Shown: one piece after another, positions 16,991 to 27,765 of the stretch | Layout of the letters: each line of letters opens with the position of its first letter | How positions within the stretch are numbered: the stretch's first letter is position 1 | Virus record (IMG/VR): IMGVR_UViG_3300025684_000014 | Span: 59,668 to 123,667 of that record | DNA length: 64,000 nucleotides | DNA from: a virus | Strand: one strand, 5' to 3' | Position numbers and translations under genes: made by a program | Notes under the pieces: model-generated | The model's database searches: none | The model's input: the letters and a program-made list of their open reading frames with translations, nothing else | Told to the model about the DNA's origin: nothing

Positions 16991-17266
16991 ATGATTTTTG
17001 TAACAGCTATTGGTGATTCAGCAAAGAAAGCATATTTAAACGCAAAAGAAGAAGATTTGATGTGGGCTAATTATAATGAAGATCATATCCAATCTGTTGA
17101 CTTAACTAAGCGTTATTTTATTCTTTCTGTAGATGTTTTTGAATCAAAGGAAGAAGCCATTCAATTTGCTTCTTCCTTTGATTATTCTACAATTAAATAT
17201 CGTAAAAATACTTCTGGCGCATTAATTCTTACTAACGATACTTACTTGTTTTTTACTCTTCCATAA
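16991..17266 (+). CDS. Hypothetical protein, diverged paralog of 15782..16081
   Basis: GDSAKKAY vs GKTAKEAF; FESKEEA vs FSSSEA; YLFF near both C-termini. Confidence 0.55.
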   Translation: MIFVTAIGDSAKKAYLNAKEEDLMWANYNEDHIQSVDLTKRYFILSVDVFESKEEAIQFASSFDYSTIKYRKNTSGALILTNDTYLFFTLP

Positions 17267-17973
17267 TTTTAAAGGTTTTTATATGTCTACAAATAAGCTT
17301 ACTGCAATTCTTATTACTGGCGATGTTGATTCTGTTATCAAAGCTGTTAATTCCTTTGATTTTTCTTCTGCTGAAAACCAAACAACAAAGTTGGCTTTCC
17401 AAGACATTTCAAATGATCTTTGTCAAGAAGATAATTCTGTAGAGTATTCTGCTTACACTTGGAACTTTACAGATCAGGACATTAATCAAAAGCAAAACAC
17501 TGCTGCAAAGATGTATCTTGCTAAGAACCCTATTGTTCGTTTTGATAATCTTATGAATTATATTGGCAATACTACTAACCTTAAACCTTCTAATGCAGCG
17601 CTTTCAAACTTTCTTCGAAAGAATAACTATCAAAGAAAGCTTGTTAAAAATCTTGCACTCGGCACTACAAGAGTTATCTGGAAGAAAGCTTAATTATGTT
17701 TCCTGATTGTTTTACAAAAAAACAACTTTCAGAATATAGTTTTCTTTTTTGCTTTGACCTAAATAAAGTTCCGACTACTTCTCAGCAAATTTTAAAACTT
17801 GCTGAATTGATTACTTCTTTAGAAAAACAAAATTATATTTGTTCTGTAAAGCCAGATAAACGTCTTAGAGCAAATGGTCTTTTTGTTGTTTTTGCTAATA
17901 CTTCTCAATATTATTCTGATCTCAAATCTAAGCGACAAAAAGTTTTAAAAGCTTGGGATATTAAATAATAATA

Positions 17974-18411
17974 ATGATAATTCAAATCGTAGGTTTACCT
18001 GGTACAGGTAAATCTTTTTTAATAAAAAAATTTCTTCAAAAAAACAAATATAAAAACATTTTTTACTTAGATATTATAAATTTTAAACACATTAAATCTC
18101 TAATATTTAAAGCTAAATCACTTTCTCAAAAAAATAATATAGTTATTTTAGAGTCAGCTTGCGGTATCTCTAATCTCTCGAGTATAGTTTTATTACATAG
18201 AACTTCTAAACGTAACTATGTCAACAATTGTTTAAAAAGAGGTATTGATATAAATTCTTCTGAGCTATTACTCATAAAAGAAAATATAATACCTGCACAT
18301 TATACAACTTATACACCTAAATCATTTGAAGTTCTTTTAAATTCCCTAATAAGGAAAGAAAAAAATGAAAGAACTTTACTTAACAAAAGATCAACTAGAC
18401 AAATTTTTTAA
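17974..18411 (+). CDS. P-loop kinase-like protein
   Basis: N-terminal IVGLPGTGKS Walker A. Confidence 0.65.
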   Translation: MIIQIVGLPGTGKSFLIKKFLQKNKYKNIFYLDIINFKHIKSLIFKAKSLSQKNNIVILESACGISNLSSIVLLHRTSKRNYVNNCLKRGIDINSSELLLIKENIIPAHYTTYTPKSFEVLLNSLIRKEKNERTLLNKRSTRQIF

Positions 18412-19219
18412 AGATTCTAAACTTAAAATTCCTGAAGATTTTTTTTCTGAGCCTGATGAGAATGAATATTCTATTATTAAAGCTGATTCTTCTTCAGCTT
18501 TAGTTAAATATAAATCTCCTTATTTCTTTCCTTTGAATTTAAATCAGAATTTACAAGGAATAAAACCAAAAGACGCTAGACAAAAAGCTTTTATAGACTC
18601 TCTTTTAGATCCAAAAATTTTAATGTCAGTAGCATTAGGCAAAGCTGGTACTGGTAAAACTCTTTTATCTATCGCTTATGCTTTGAATCAATATTTTAGA
18701 AACGATAAAAATATTATTCTTATCAAACCTTCTATTTATGTTGGCGGCAAATCATCTGTTATGGGGATTTTGCCTGGTGACGTAAATGATAAAATGAGTG
18801 GCATAATGTCTTCTTACATGGTGCATATTAGAGCTCTTTTGGGTTCTGATGCTGAGCATTTTATTTTTCAAATGCTCGAAGATGATAGATTAAAATATCT
18901 TCCAGTAGAGCTTGCTCGTGGTATGTCTTTGGAAAACTCAGTTGTCATATTTGATGAGTGTCAAAATGCTGATATTCACACAATGAAAACTATTGTTTCT
19001 AGAGTTGCTGCTACTAGTAAGCTTATTTGTCTTGGAGATCTTGGTCAAATAGATGCTCCTTTTAAAAAAGATGAATCAGGTTTAAATATATTTTTAGAAT
19101 CAACTCACTTTAAAAATTCACCTGTCACTTCTCAAATAACTTTAACTTCTCAATACAGATCTGCTCTTGCAGATTTATGCGAATCAATTACTGAAGAGTA
19201 TTACTCTCAACAAGGATAA
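18365..19219 (+). CDS. phoH: PhoH-family ATPase
   Basis: GKAGTGKT, LPGD, RGMSL, DECQN, GDLGQID. Confidence 0.92.
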   Translation: MKELYLTKDQLDKFFKDSKLKIPEDFFSEPDENEYSIIKADSSSALVKYKSPYFFPLNLNQNLQGIKPKDARQKAFIDSLLDPKILMSVALGKAGTGKTLLSIAYALNQYFRNDKNIILIKPSIYVGGKSSVMGILPGDVNDKMSGIMSSYMVHIRALLGSDAEHFIFQMLEDDRLKYLPVELARGMSLENSVVIFDECQNADIHTMKTIVSRVAATSKLICLGDLGQIDAPFKKDESGLNIFLESTHFKNSPVTSQITLTSQYRSALADLCESITEEYYSQQG

Positions 19220-19220
19220 C

Positions 19221-19649
19221 ATGTACCCTACATCATTTAATATTTACAAAAAGTCTGCTGCTGCTCAATTTACTTTACTTCCTCCTCGCACAGACGATAA
19301 TAACAGAATTCAAAAGACTGGAGCTATTCTTCTTGAAATGGCACCTTCTGCTGGCGAAAAGTCTTATAACTGGAAGAGCCAAAAGCTTACTTTTGCTTTT
19401 GGAATCAATGATCTTACACAGTTCTTCGATGATCCTTCTTCTCCTAAGTGGGGAAGCTTTTATCATGATAATGACGGTACTGGAAAGAAGCTTACCCTTA
19501 GCCCTGGTGAAGGTAAGTATGCTGGAACTTTTATGATGTCTCTTTCTAGTGGAGATCAACGTGTTAGCGTATCTCTTTCTGCTGGAGAATTCCAAGTTCT
19601 TGGAAGACTTTTTACTGCTGCTTTACCTAAAATGCTTGGTTGGGATTAA
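19221..19649 (+). CDS. Whirly-like ssDNA-binding protein
   Basis: IYKKSAA, LLEMAP...YNW, FYHD, EF and P.MLGW match the plant Whirly pattern; AAGGA ribosome-binding site before the ATG at 19221. Confidence 0.75.
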   Translation: MYPTSFNIYKKSAAAQFTLLPPRTDDNNRIQKTGAILLEMAPSAGEKSYNWKSQKLTFAFGINDLTQFFDDPSSPKWGSFYHDNDGTGKKLTLSPGEGKYAGTFMMSLSSGDQRVSVSLSAGEFQVLGRLFTAALPKMLGWD

Positions 19650-19945
19650 TGATTAAATACAAGATTAATCCTAAAAATTCTGACTCTTACAATATCAGTC
19701 AAGATCAGCTAGCAGATTTTCTGCTTGCTTATATGAATGATAATTTTGATAATCCAAATTTAGAGTCATTAGATGATCTTGTTAAAATCGTATCAAAAAA
19801 ACTTATCTCTTTGGATAAATCTTATTTTGATACTACTCAAAATCAATTATTTTCTATTTATTTTCTTGTTGGCTATTACTATAAATTGTTTTTAACTAAA
19901 AATAACGTTCAAGTTATTAATACCGAAATCGAAAAGGATTCATAA

Positions 19946-20377
19946 ATGTTCTCATATGAAGTAAATGTACGTAAGATTAATTCTGCCAAGCTAAAAGGTG
20001 TAGCTTCTGTTATTATTGAAGGTATCATGGAAATTGATGGCTTTAAGATCATCGAAGGCTCTAACGGTCTTTTTGTAAGTGTTCCCTCCCATAAGGGTTC
20101 TGTTATGGAAGACGGGCAAAGAGTTGAAAAGTATTTTGATGATGTAAAATTCAAAGGTGAAGATGGTCTTTTGTTTTCTAAGGAGCTTAAAGATTCTATT
20201 CTTTCTTCTTTTATGAACGCCTCTGACCCTCTTGGTTCTTCTTCTGCCCGTCAACAATCCCAATCAACTACTTCAGCTAAATCTACTACTGTAAAAGCTA
20301 GAGATGAAGCTGCCACAGCAGTAAAGCCACAAGCTTCTGGGCCAGATCGTAATCGCAAACCTCTTTGGGAGTTTTAA
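19946..20377 (+). CDS. spoVG: SpoVG-family nucleic-acid-binding protein
   Basis: LKGVASV...KIIEGSNGLFVSVPS...YFD pattern; low-complexity tail. Confidence 0.85.
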   Translation: MFSYEVNVRKINSAKLKGVASVIIEGIMEIDGFKIIEGSNGLFVSVPSHKGSVMEDGQRVEKYFDDVKFKGEDGLLFSKELKDSILSSFMNASDPLGSSSARQQSQSTTSAKSTTVKARDEAATAVKPQASGPDRNRKPLWEF

Positions 20378-20940
20378 TGTCTGAAGATAGTGAAAAAGAA
20401 GAAGTTGTTGAATTAATAAATATAGAAGCCCAAGATCTTGTTGATGAGTTAAAGCTTGGTGCTGAAACTTATTCTACAATTACTGAATCCTTTATTAAAG
20501 AATTTGTTTTTTACGATAAAACTCTTTATCAATGGGCTACTGATCTTGTAATTCAAATCCCTTCAACTAAAGATTTAGATTTACCAAAATTTAGAGAATT
20601 ACTTACTAAGTTAGGTAATAATATACAGATAGCTTCTAACTATTACTCTTTAGCTTCTAGTATGGTAGATGCTATTAGTGGTGGAAACAATATTAAAAAG
20701 TCTGATCTTGTTAATATTATTGTTTCAAACTATGCTGCTAAAGGCGCAAAACGTCCTGCTGGTACAGTTATTGAAAGAATGGCTGACTCATATCTTTCAA
20801 ATACTGTCTCTGCAGAAAAAGCCGCTAAAATAGTTAAAAATTTTTGGAAACAAAGATTTGATACTTTACTAGAACTTAGAAAAGTTTTTGAGCAAATAGG
20901 CTTATCTTTATCTGTTGAAATGAAATTTACATCTAATTGA
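20365..20940 (+). CDS. Helical hypothetical protein
   Basis: 191-aa ORF in a tightly packed operon. Confidence 0.6.
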   Translation: MGVLMSEDSEKEEVVELINIEAQDLVDELKLGAETYSTITESFIKEFVFYDKTLYQWATDLVIQIPSTKDLDLPKFRELLTKLGNNIQIASNYYSLASSMVDAISGGNNIKKSDLVNIIVSNYAAKGAKRPAGTVIERMADSYLSNTVSAEKAAKIVKNFWKQRFDTLLELRKVFEQIGLSLSVEMKFTSN

Positions 20941-21299
20941 GGTTATTATGGGTTTAGATAATTTTTGGCACATGCCAGAATCCAAAGATCATCCAGAGTT
21001 TGATCCCCCTTTAAATCTTTGTGGAGGTATGTTTTCAGAACATGGTTCTAGATCTTTTAGAGGTAAAGTTTACGCTGATTTCTGCAAAGATATAATGTCT
21101 CTTAATCTTTATCAAGACATTATATCTCCAGAAGAAATTGAAGAAGCTTTATACTATTTAGATTCTTGGATAGCAGCAGATCTTTGCGACACTTCTACAT
21201 TGTCTAATTACGGAATTACTCATGAAGAACTCTTAGATTTGCAAAGAATGTTTTCTAAATATTCAGCGCTAGGAGCTCATTTAGAATCATGGTATTAAA

Positions 21300-21563
21300 A
21301 TGTATGATGGATTATTTTTAGGATTTTTAACTTGGTTGAGTTTTTTATTATCTTTTAAACATTTTCCTAATTTTATAAAAAGATTTTTACTTAAACATTT
21401 TGTTCTAACAGATTTTCTATCTGTCTTGACTTCTTTTCTTTTGTTAACTAGTATATCCAAATCTTTAGTCGCCGTAATCGCTTCAATGTTTTGTGGTTTA
21501 TTAGTTAATATTACTTTGATAATATACAAAAACCAATATATTAAAAGCATTTTCGGCAATTAA
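21300..21563 (+). CDS. Small membrane protein
   Basis: Three hydrophobic segments. Confidence 0.6.
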   Translation: MYDGLFLGFLTWLSFLLSFKHFPNFIKRFLLKHFVLTDFLSVLTSFLLLTSISKSLVAVIASMFCGLLVNITLIIYKNQYIKSIFGN

Positions 21564-21569
21564 TTCATT

Positions 21570-21599
21570 AGCTCTCTTTATGGGAGCTTTATTTTTTTT
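21570..21599 (+). terminator. Putative intrinsic terminator
   Basis: AGCTCTC-loop-GGGAGCT followed by a T-rich tract. Confidence 0.5.
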
Positions 21600-21610
21600 A
21601 TGGAGATTAT

Positions 21611-23359
21611 ATGTCTTATACATATTCAAAACATGCCGAATTATTATTAAAAAATTACTATATGACTGACTCCGAAAAAGATCCAAAAGATGCTTTTTAT
21701 AGAGCAGCTTATGCTTATGGAAGTTCTGAAGCTCTTTCTAAAAAGATTTATCAGTATGCTTGTGATGGTTGGTTTATGTTTAGTAGTCCAATACTATCGA
21801 ATGCAGCCAGGTCAGGATTACCTATATCTTGTTTCTTAACTTATGTTCCTGATACCGTAGAAGGCTTAATTGAGCATAGTGAAGAACTTCGTTGGATGAG
21901 CGTTATGGGCGGTGGCGTTGGTGGACACTGGAATGATATTAGAGCTGTTTCTAAAAAAGCTCCTGGTCCCATTCCGTTTCTAAAAACCGTAGATTCAGAT
22001 ATGCTAGCTTATAGTCAAGGCTCTACAAGGCGCGGATCTTATGCTGCATATTTAGATATTTCTCATCCTGATATTATTGAATTTATGAATATTAGATTGC
22101 CTACTGGTGGCGATACCAATAGAAAATGTTTTAATATCCATAATGCAATTAATATTACAGATGATTTTATGGTTGCTGTTATTTCTGGCGACGAATGGCA
22201 TTTAAAAGATCCAAATACTAAAGAGATTAAATCTACTTTAAATGCTAGAGAACTTTGGACAAGAATCCTAGAAGTACGATTCAGAACTGGCGAACCATAT
22301 CTCAATTTTATTGATGTGGCAAATCATTCTTTGCCTAAACATTTAAAAGATAAAGGCTTAAAGATAAATGGTTCTAACCTTTGTAATGAAATCCATTTAC
22401 CTACTTCTGAAAATCGATCTGCTGTTTGTTGCCTTTCCAGTCTTAATTTAGAGTATTATGATGATTGGAAAGAAACAACTATAGTTGAAGATCTCATTGA
22501 ATACCTTGATGACGTTCTTCAGTTTTTTATTGATAACGCTCCTTCTCATTTAGAAAAAGCTATTTACTCTGCAGAAAGAGAACGTTCTCTTGGTTTAGGT
22601 GCAATGGGTTTCCATTCATATCTTCAGAAAAAAGGTTTGCCTTTTGAATCTGCTTTGGCTATTTCATGTAACAGAAATATTTTCTCTACTATAAAAGAGA
22701 AAGCAGTTAAAGCTACTCGAGCTTTAGCTATTTCTAGAGGCGCATGTTTAGACGATGATACGAATACAGTTAGAAATAGCCATTTATTGGCTATCGCTCC
22801 TAATGCTAACTCTTCTATTATCTTGGACACTTCTCCTAGTATTGAGCCCTGGAAGTCTAATGCATTTACTCACAGAACTAGAGCAGGTTCTTTTCTCCAA
22901 ATAAATAAGTACCTTTTAGACTGTCTTAAAAAACATTCTAAAACTATTCCTACTAAAAAATTTGGTGAGTATGAGATTAGCTTAGATAGAAAGAATTGGC
23001 TTGATGAACAAATTCAATCTATTATTCTTGCTCAAGGTTCTGTTCAACATCTTGATTATTTAACTGATCAAGAAAAACAAGTTTTTAAAACTGCATTTGA
23101 AATTGATCAAATGTGGATTATCGAACATGCTGCAACTAGACAAGAATGGATTTGCCAAGGTCAGTCTTTGAATCTTTTCTTTCCTAGTGGAACAGATATA
23201 AATGATGTGAATCTTGTTCATATTTCTGCTTGGAAAAGAAAACTTAAAGGACTTTATTATTTGAGGACTAACGCCGGTGTAACGGCAGAAAAAGTTTCTA
23301 CTAAAGTAGAAAGAAGAACTCTTAAAGACGTTGAGGAGTGCTTATCATGTCAAGGCTAA
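21611..23359 (+). CDS. nrdA: Ribonucleotide reductase class Ia, alpha subunit
   Basis: PISCF, SNLCNEI, VCCLSS, APNANSS, GLYYLR, C-terminal CLSCQG. Confidence 0.96.
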   Translation: MSYTYSKHAELLLKNYYMTDSEKDPKDAFYRAAYAYGSSEALSKKIYQYACDGWFMFSSPILSNAARSGLPISCFLTYVPDTVEGLIEHSEELRWMSVMGGGVGGHWNDIRAVSKKAPGPIPFLKTVDSDMLAYSQGSTRRGSYAAYLDISHPDIIEFMNIRLPTGGDTNRKCFNIHNAINITDDFMVAVISGDEWHLKDPNTKEIKSTLNARELWTRILEVRFRTGEPYLNFIDVANHSLPKHLKDKGLKINGSNLCNEIHLPTSENRSAVCCLSSLNLEYYDDWKETTIVEDLIEYLDDVLQFFIDNAPSHLEKAIYSAERERSLGLGAMGFHSYLQKKGLPFESALAISCNRNIFSTIKEKAVKATRALAISRGACLDDDTNTVRNSHLLAIAPNANSSIILDTSPSIEPWKSNAFTHRTRAGSFLQINKYLLDCLKKHSKTIPTKKFGEYEISLDRKNWLDEQIQSIILAQGSVQHLDYLTDQEKQVFKTAFEIDQMWIIEHAATRQEWICQGQSLNLFFPSGTDINDVNLVHISAWKRKLKGLYYLRTNAGVTAEKVSTKVERRTLKDVEECLSCQG

Positions 23360-24324
23360 CTGAATATTCAAAAACTTATAAACCTTTTCTTTATCCTTGG
23401 GCTATGGAATACGCTGAAGCTCATGAGAAAATTCATTGGGGTTCTTGGGAAGCTAAGCTTCAAGAAGATGTTAATCAATGGAACGGTTCAAAACTTTCTG
23501 ATTCTGAAAAAAACCACATTACAAATATTTTAAGAATCTTTACTCAATCTGATGTTGCTGTTGGAGGAAATTACTGTGATATTTTTATTCACGCTTTTAG
23601 AAATAACGAAATACGCAATATGCTTCTTTCCTTTGCTAATCGGGAAGGTACTCATCAACGAAGCTATGCGCTCTTAAATGATACTTTAGGTATTCCTGAA
23701 GGTGAGTACTCAGTTTTTCTTAAGTTTAAAGAAATGGCTGATAAAATAGAGTTTATGATGGCTCCTGAAAAACATATGAAAAAGCAGGATCAAAACTTAG
23801 CTTTTGAACTTGCTCGTTCAGTATGTAATGAAGGTATGTCTTTATTTTCTGCTTTTGTTATGCTTCTCAATTATCAAAGATTTGGAAAAATGAAAGGCAT
23901 GTGCGAAATAGTAGAGTGGTCTATACGTGATGAAACTATGCATGTAGAGGCAATGACTAAACTTTTTCACACTTATCTTGAAGAAAATCCTCATTTAGTT
24001 ACAGATACTTTAAAAAGTTATATTTATACTAACTTTACTAAAGCTGTAGAACTTGAAGAAAATCTTATTAATTTTATTTACGCAGATCAAGAAATCATAA
24101 ATGATCTTCCTAAAAAAGATGTTATTCTTTACATCAAATATCTTGCCGACAGAAGATTGCTTCAACTCGGCATGAAACCTATATTTAAACAAAAAACAAA
24201 TCCTTTGCCTTGGCTTGATTGGATTATTTCTGGTGATTCTTTAAAGAATTTCTTTGAAGGTACTGTAACAGATTATAATGCTTCTGGTCTTTCTGGACAA
24301 ATGGATTGGTCTTTAATTAATTAA
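23338..24324 (+). CDS. nrdB: Ribonucleotide reductase class Ia, beta subunit
   Basis: FTQSD, EGTHQRSY, EGMSLF, RDETMH, NFFE. Confidence 0.96.
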   Translation: MLIMSRLTEYSKTYKPFLYPWAMEYAEAHEKIHWGSWEAKLQEDVNQWNGSKLSDSEKNHITNILRIFTQSDVAVGGNYCDIFIHAFRNNEIRNMLLSFANREGTHQRSYALLNDTLGIPEGEYSVFLKFKEMADKIEFMMAPEKHMKKQDQNLAFELARSVCNEGMSLFSAFVMLLNYQRFGKMKGMCEIVEWSIRDETMHVEAMTKLFHTYLEENPHLVTDTLKSYIYTNFTKAVELEENLINFIYADQEIINDLPKKDVILYIKYLADRRLLQLGMKPIFKQKTNPLPWLDWIISGDSLKNFFEGTVTDYNASGLSGQMDWSLIN

Positions 24325-24335
24325 GAAAGAATATT

Positions 24336-24686
24336 ATGTCTGACAAACGACTATATTTAAATGATTATGTAACTATTTCTTATGACAATGCTGTTTCAAA
24401 AGGATGGCATGAACAAGAACGTACTATTGGCGATCTTATTGCACTTATGCATTCTGAGCTTAGTGAAGCTTTAGAAGAATATAGAAATGGACATTCTCCT
24501 ACAGAAGTTTATTTTAATGATTCTAATCCTGATAAGCCAGAAGGTATTCCTGTTGAGTTAGCAGATTGCATTATTCGTATATTTGACTTTTGTGGAAAAT
24601 ATGGCATTAATTTAGAGCATGTCATAAACCAAAAAATTGAATATAATAAATCTAGGCCACATAGACATGGTGGCAAGAAAGTCTAA
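24336..24686 (+). CDS. MazG-like NTP pyrophosphohydrolase
   Basis: LMHSELSEALEEYR and ELADCIIRIFD. Confidence 0.85.
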   Translation: MSDKRLYLNDYVTISYDNAVSKGWHEQERTIGDLIALMHSELSEALEEYRNGHSPTEVYFNDSNPDKPEGIPVELADCIIRIFDFCGKYGINLEHVINQKIEYNKSRPHRHGGKKV

Positions 24687-25281
24687 CCATGTTTCACGAT
24701 ATTGCTTCAAATAAAGATTATTTAAAAATAATTAAGGCTGTTTTAGATTCTGCTGCTGTTGATTATGTAAAACTTCAACATCCAGCTAATCGTAAAAAAA
24801 AGTCATTGAAGCAATCTTATATTGATAGCGTTGAAATTTACTTTAATAAAGATTTTCGTTTCGAACATTTTACTGATCCAACAAACGAAGATTATCATTT
24901 TTCAACAAAAGAATTACTTTCTTTTTTACTTGAAACAAATAAAATAAATCTTCAAGGCATTCAAGAACATTTAATATCTGAAGCAATATCGTATTGGTGG
25001 GAAAAGAATTTTCACGATATGTCTATACCAACCACAATTGTTTTAGCTGGCAAAGTATTTAAAATTTGCCATTCTCCTAAAAAACATTTTGTTGATTATG
25101 AAAACAATATAATTTATTGCTCTACTTCTAAGCGAGGTGGAGATCGTTTATTTTTCAAACTTTGTTTCGAAATAATTCTTAAGCATTCTGATATAGATTT
25201 GCCTAAAGATAAATTTGATGAATTTACTAAATTCTTTTATTTGTTTTTAAAAGTCAACGCTGCTTTTGAAGAAAAGAAAAA

Positions 25282-25632
25282 ATGATTTCTACTATTTTAA
25301 CAGCTATTGGCTATATAGTTTGTATTGCTCTTATTTACCTTCTTCAAAAAGAATTAAATTTAAAAGATAGAATGTTGGCAGAGCTGGCTTCTTCTATAAT
25401 AAATTTAGAATTAGCTAATTCTAATTATAAATCTTTAATTGCAAATCTTGAACTTCAAAATAAACAATTTGAAGACTCTTTAAATCTTTTAGAAGAAGAA
25501 TTAAATCAAAGTGATTCTGAATACACTTATGAATACAACCTTTTAAAAGACCAAGTTTTAAAATCTATTCAACAACTTCAAGTATCTCAAGAAATTCTTA
25601 TTCAAAAATTAAATGACAAAGATATTATTTAA
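25282..25632 (+). CDS. Membrane-anchored coiled-coil protein
   Basis: N-terminal hydrophobic helix followed by heptad repeats. Confidence 0.55.
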   Translation: MISTILTAIGYIVCIALIYLLQKELNLKDRMLAELASSIINLELANSNYKSLIANLELQNKQFEDSLNLLEEELNQSDSEYTYEYNLLKDQVLKSIQQLQVSQEILIQKLNDKDII

Positions 25633-26276
25633 AGATAAAGAATCTAATTTTTATTTACATTTATCTGAAGATGAACTTAAACTCCCTTTTATAAGTTTAT
25701 CTTATTCAGAAAACAAATACTGTACTTTTAACCCTAAAAATTTTCCAAGATCTCCTTCTATAGAAATTACTATATGGAAAAAGAAAGAGCTTTGGAGAAG
25801 TAAAGGTCCTTTTACTATTTATTATGAACGAGTCTAATCAAGAAATTTTAAATTCACTTGAAAAAGCTTTAATTAATCACGATTGGTTTTACTTTACTTC
25901 TGATTCCAACAGGATTTATCAAGAAGGGAAAGCAAGTCAATCTAACATCAATTACTTAATGTCTTCTGCAAGATGTTCTGGCTTGGCTGATCAAGCTCAA
26001 GCTTTATATCTAAAATACTACAAGCTCAATCAATTTCAAAGGTACTCATGATTATCACTCAAAAATGTCCTGTTTATGGCACTTTTAATAGTTACGATAT
26101 AAATATAACTCCTTTGCAATATGAAAGAATTAAAGCTAGATTTTCTACTGGCGAATTAATTCAAGATATTGTTCCTCATTTAGAACTTTGGGAAAGAGAA
26201 TTCTTTATGACTGGCATGTCTAAAGAAGCTCAAGACTCTTTTTTTGCAGAACAAACTTCTGCTTTTGAGCCTCTAA

Positions 26277-26444
26277 ATGAAAACGATAATTAATCGTTTT
26301 CCTGAGCGCTTCAAATGGACTATACACAATCTTATTGCGCATCCTTTATCTGAGATCTTCTATCAATTCGGATTTGAAGATTTAAGCAATAAGATACACG
26401 ATTCAACTATACCTGATCATAATCCTGATCAAGGTAGAGGATAA
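26277..26444 (+). CDS. Small hypothetical protein (55 aa, not in the ORF track)
   Basis: MKTIINRFPERFKWTIHNLIAHPLSEIF...; fills the gap before recA. Confidence 0.65.
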   Translation: MKTIINRFPERFKWTIHNLIAHPLSEIFYQFGFEDLSNKIHDSTIPDHNPDQGRG

Positions 26445-26446
26445 CT

Positions 26447-27753
26447 ATGGCAATAAAAAAAGTCACAGGTATTCCTGAAATAGACATGATAGCTTCTTCT
26501 CTTGCTAAGAAATTTGGCAAAGAAGATATCATGTCTATGGGACCTAAATATGAAAAAGTTAAAGCTATTAGCACTGGCTCTATTACTCTTGATTCCGTAC
26601 TTGGTGTTGGCGGTTTACCTTCTGATCGTGTGGTCGAAATCTTTGGACCACCGTCAGCTGGCAAGACAAGTCTTTGTCTCCAAATCGTTAAATCATATGT
26701 AGATACTTATGGGTATGATCGTATTCCTGTGTTTGTAGACTTAGAGCGTACTACTGGTTTAGATCTTATTAAGAGTATGGGAATTGATCCTGAACGCATG
26801 TTGTTTGTTTATCCTGATACTGCCGAAGAAGCTTTGCAATTATGCCAAGACCTTGGTAATTCAGGAAAAGTCGGCGTAGTAATCTTTGATTCTATTGACG
26901 CTGCACAATCAGAGCGTGATACTAAGCGATTAATGAACGAAACAGGTGTTGGCGATCTACCTAGGCTTTTGTCTAAGGCGCTTCGCGCTATTAGCAAAAT
27001 TAGCGTAGATCAAGACTGTCTTTATTTGTTCATCAATCAAGTTCGCATGAATATTGGTGTCATGTATGGAAATTAACTTCGGTTTCCCCTAGAGGTGACT
27101 CTAGGAAAAAAACCTTGTGAACCACTACCAGTGGGTGTCCATTATGGGCTAACGGTGAACCCCTCCATTCATTGGGCAATACCGTGCCAAGCCTCTTTAT
27201 TAGAGGAAGGTGTAGAGACTATCGAAAACACATCAAAAGATGGAAGTGAGTAGAGTAGGAAATGAGATTGGTACATTTCCCAAGCGCAAGGCTCTCTTTG
27301 ATAAGAGATGAAGATATAGTCCACGCCACGAGTATGGTAAACTTGTGGAGTTTCGTGCCAGAGACAACAAGCGGGGGGAATGCTATTCCATTTTACGCTT
27401 CTGTTAGGCTTAGGGTTAGTTCTAAACCTAGCTCTGACGCTCCAGATACTCTTGCTATGAAAGTAAAAGTAGTAAAGAACAAAGTAGCTCCTGCTCTTAA
27501 TAAAACCGCAGAATTTGAATTTCAATGTGCCCGAGGCACAGATAAGCTTATGGATTTGATTGGTTGCGCTAAAGACCAAGGTCTTATGCGTTTTGCCGGT
27601 TCTGCTGTTAAGTGGTTTAATCCCGAAACAGGCGAGGAAGAAACTCTTTGTACTGGTGGTAAAGCTGGTGCAAAGGCTTACTTTGAAGAGAATCCTGAAG
27701 CTGCTGCAAATATGAAAAGAATGTGTCTCGAAGGACCAAAGCAATCTAGTTAA
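26447..27753 (+). CDS. recA: RecA recombinase; exons 26447..27073 and 27358..27753 (340 aa spliced)
   Basis: GPPSAGKT, FDSI, FINQVR; joining the exons restores GVMYGN|PETTSGGNAIPFYAS. Confidence 0.93.
27074..27357 (+). ncRNA. Group I intron in recA (284 nt, no ORF)
   Basis: P1 GGAAAU/GUUUCC with U-G at the splice site; AGAGACTA and AAGATATAGTC (P7 elements); terminal G27357. Confidence 0.9.
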
Positions 27754-27765
27754 CAAGGAATTATA

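Noticed and set aside
21611-24324. Introns or inteins in nrdA/nrdB
   Set aside because: Both read continuously with expected motif spacing
27262-27357. N-terminus of the 27262..27753 ORF as an independent gene, or recA as a pseudogene
   Set aside because: This stretch is intron sequence; splicing restores an intact RecA
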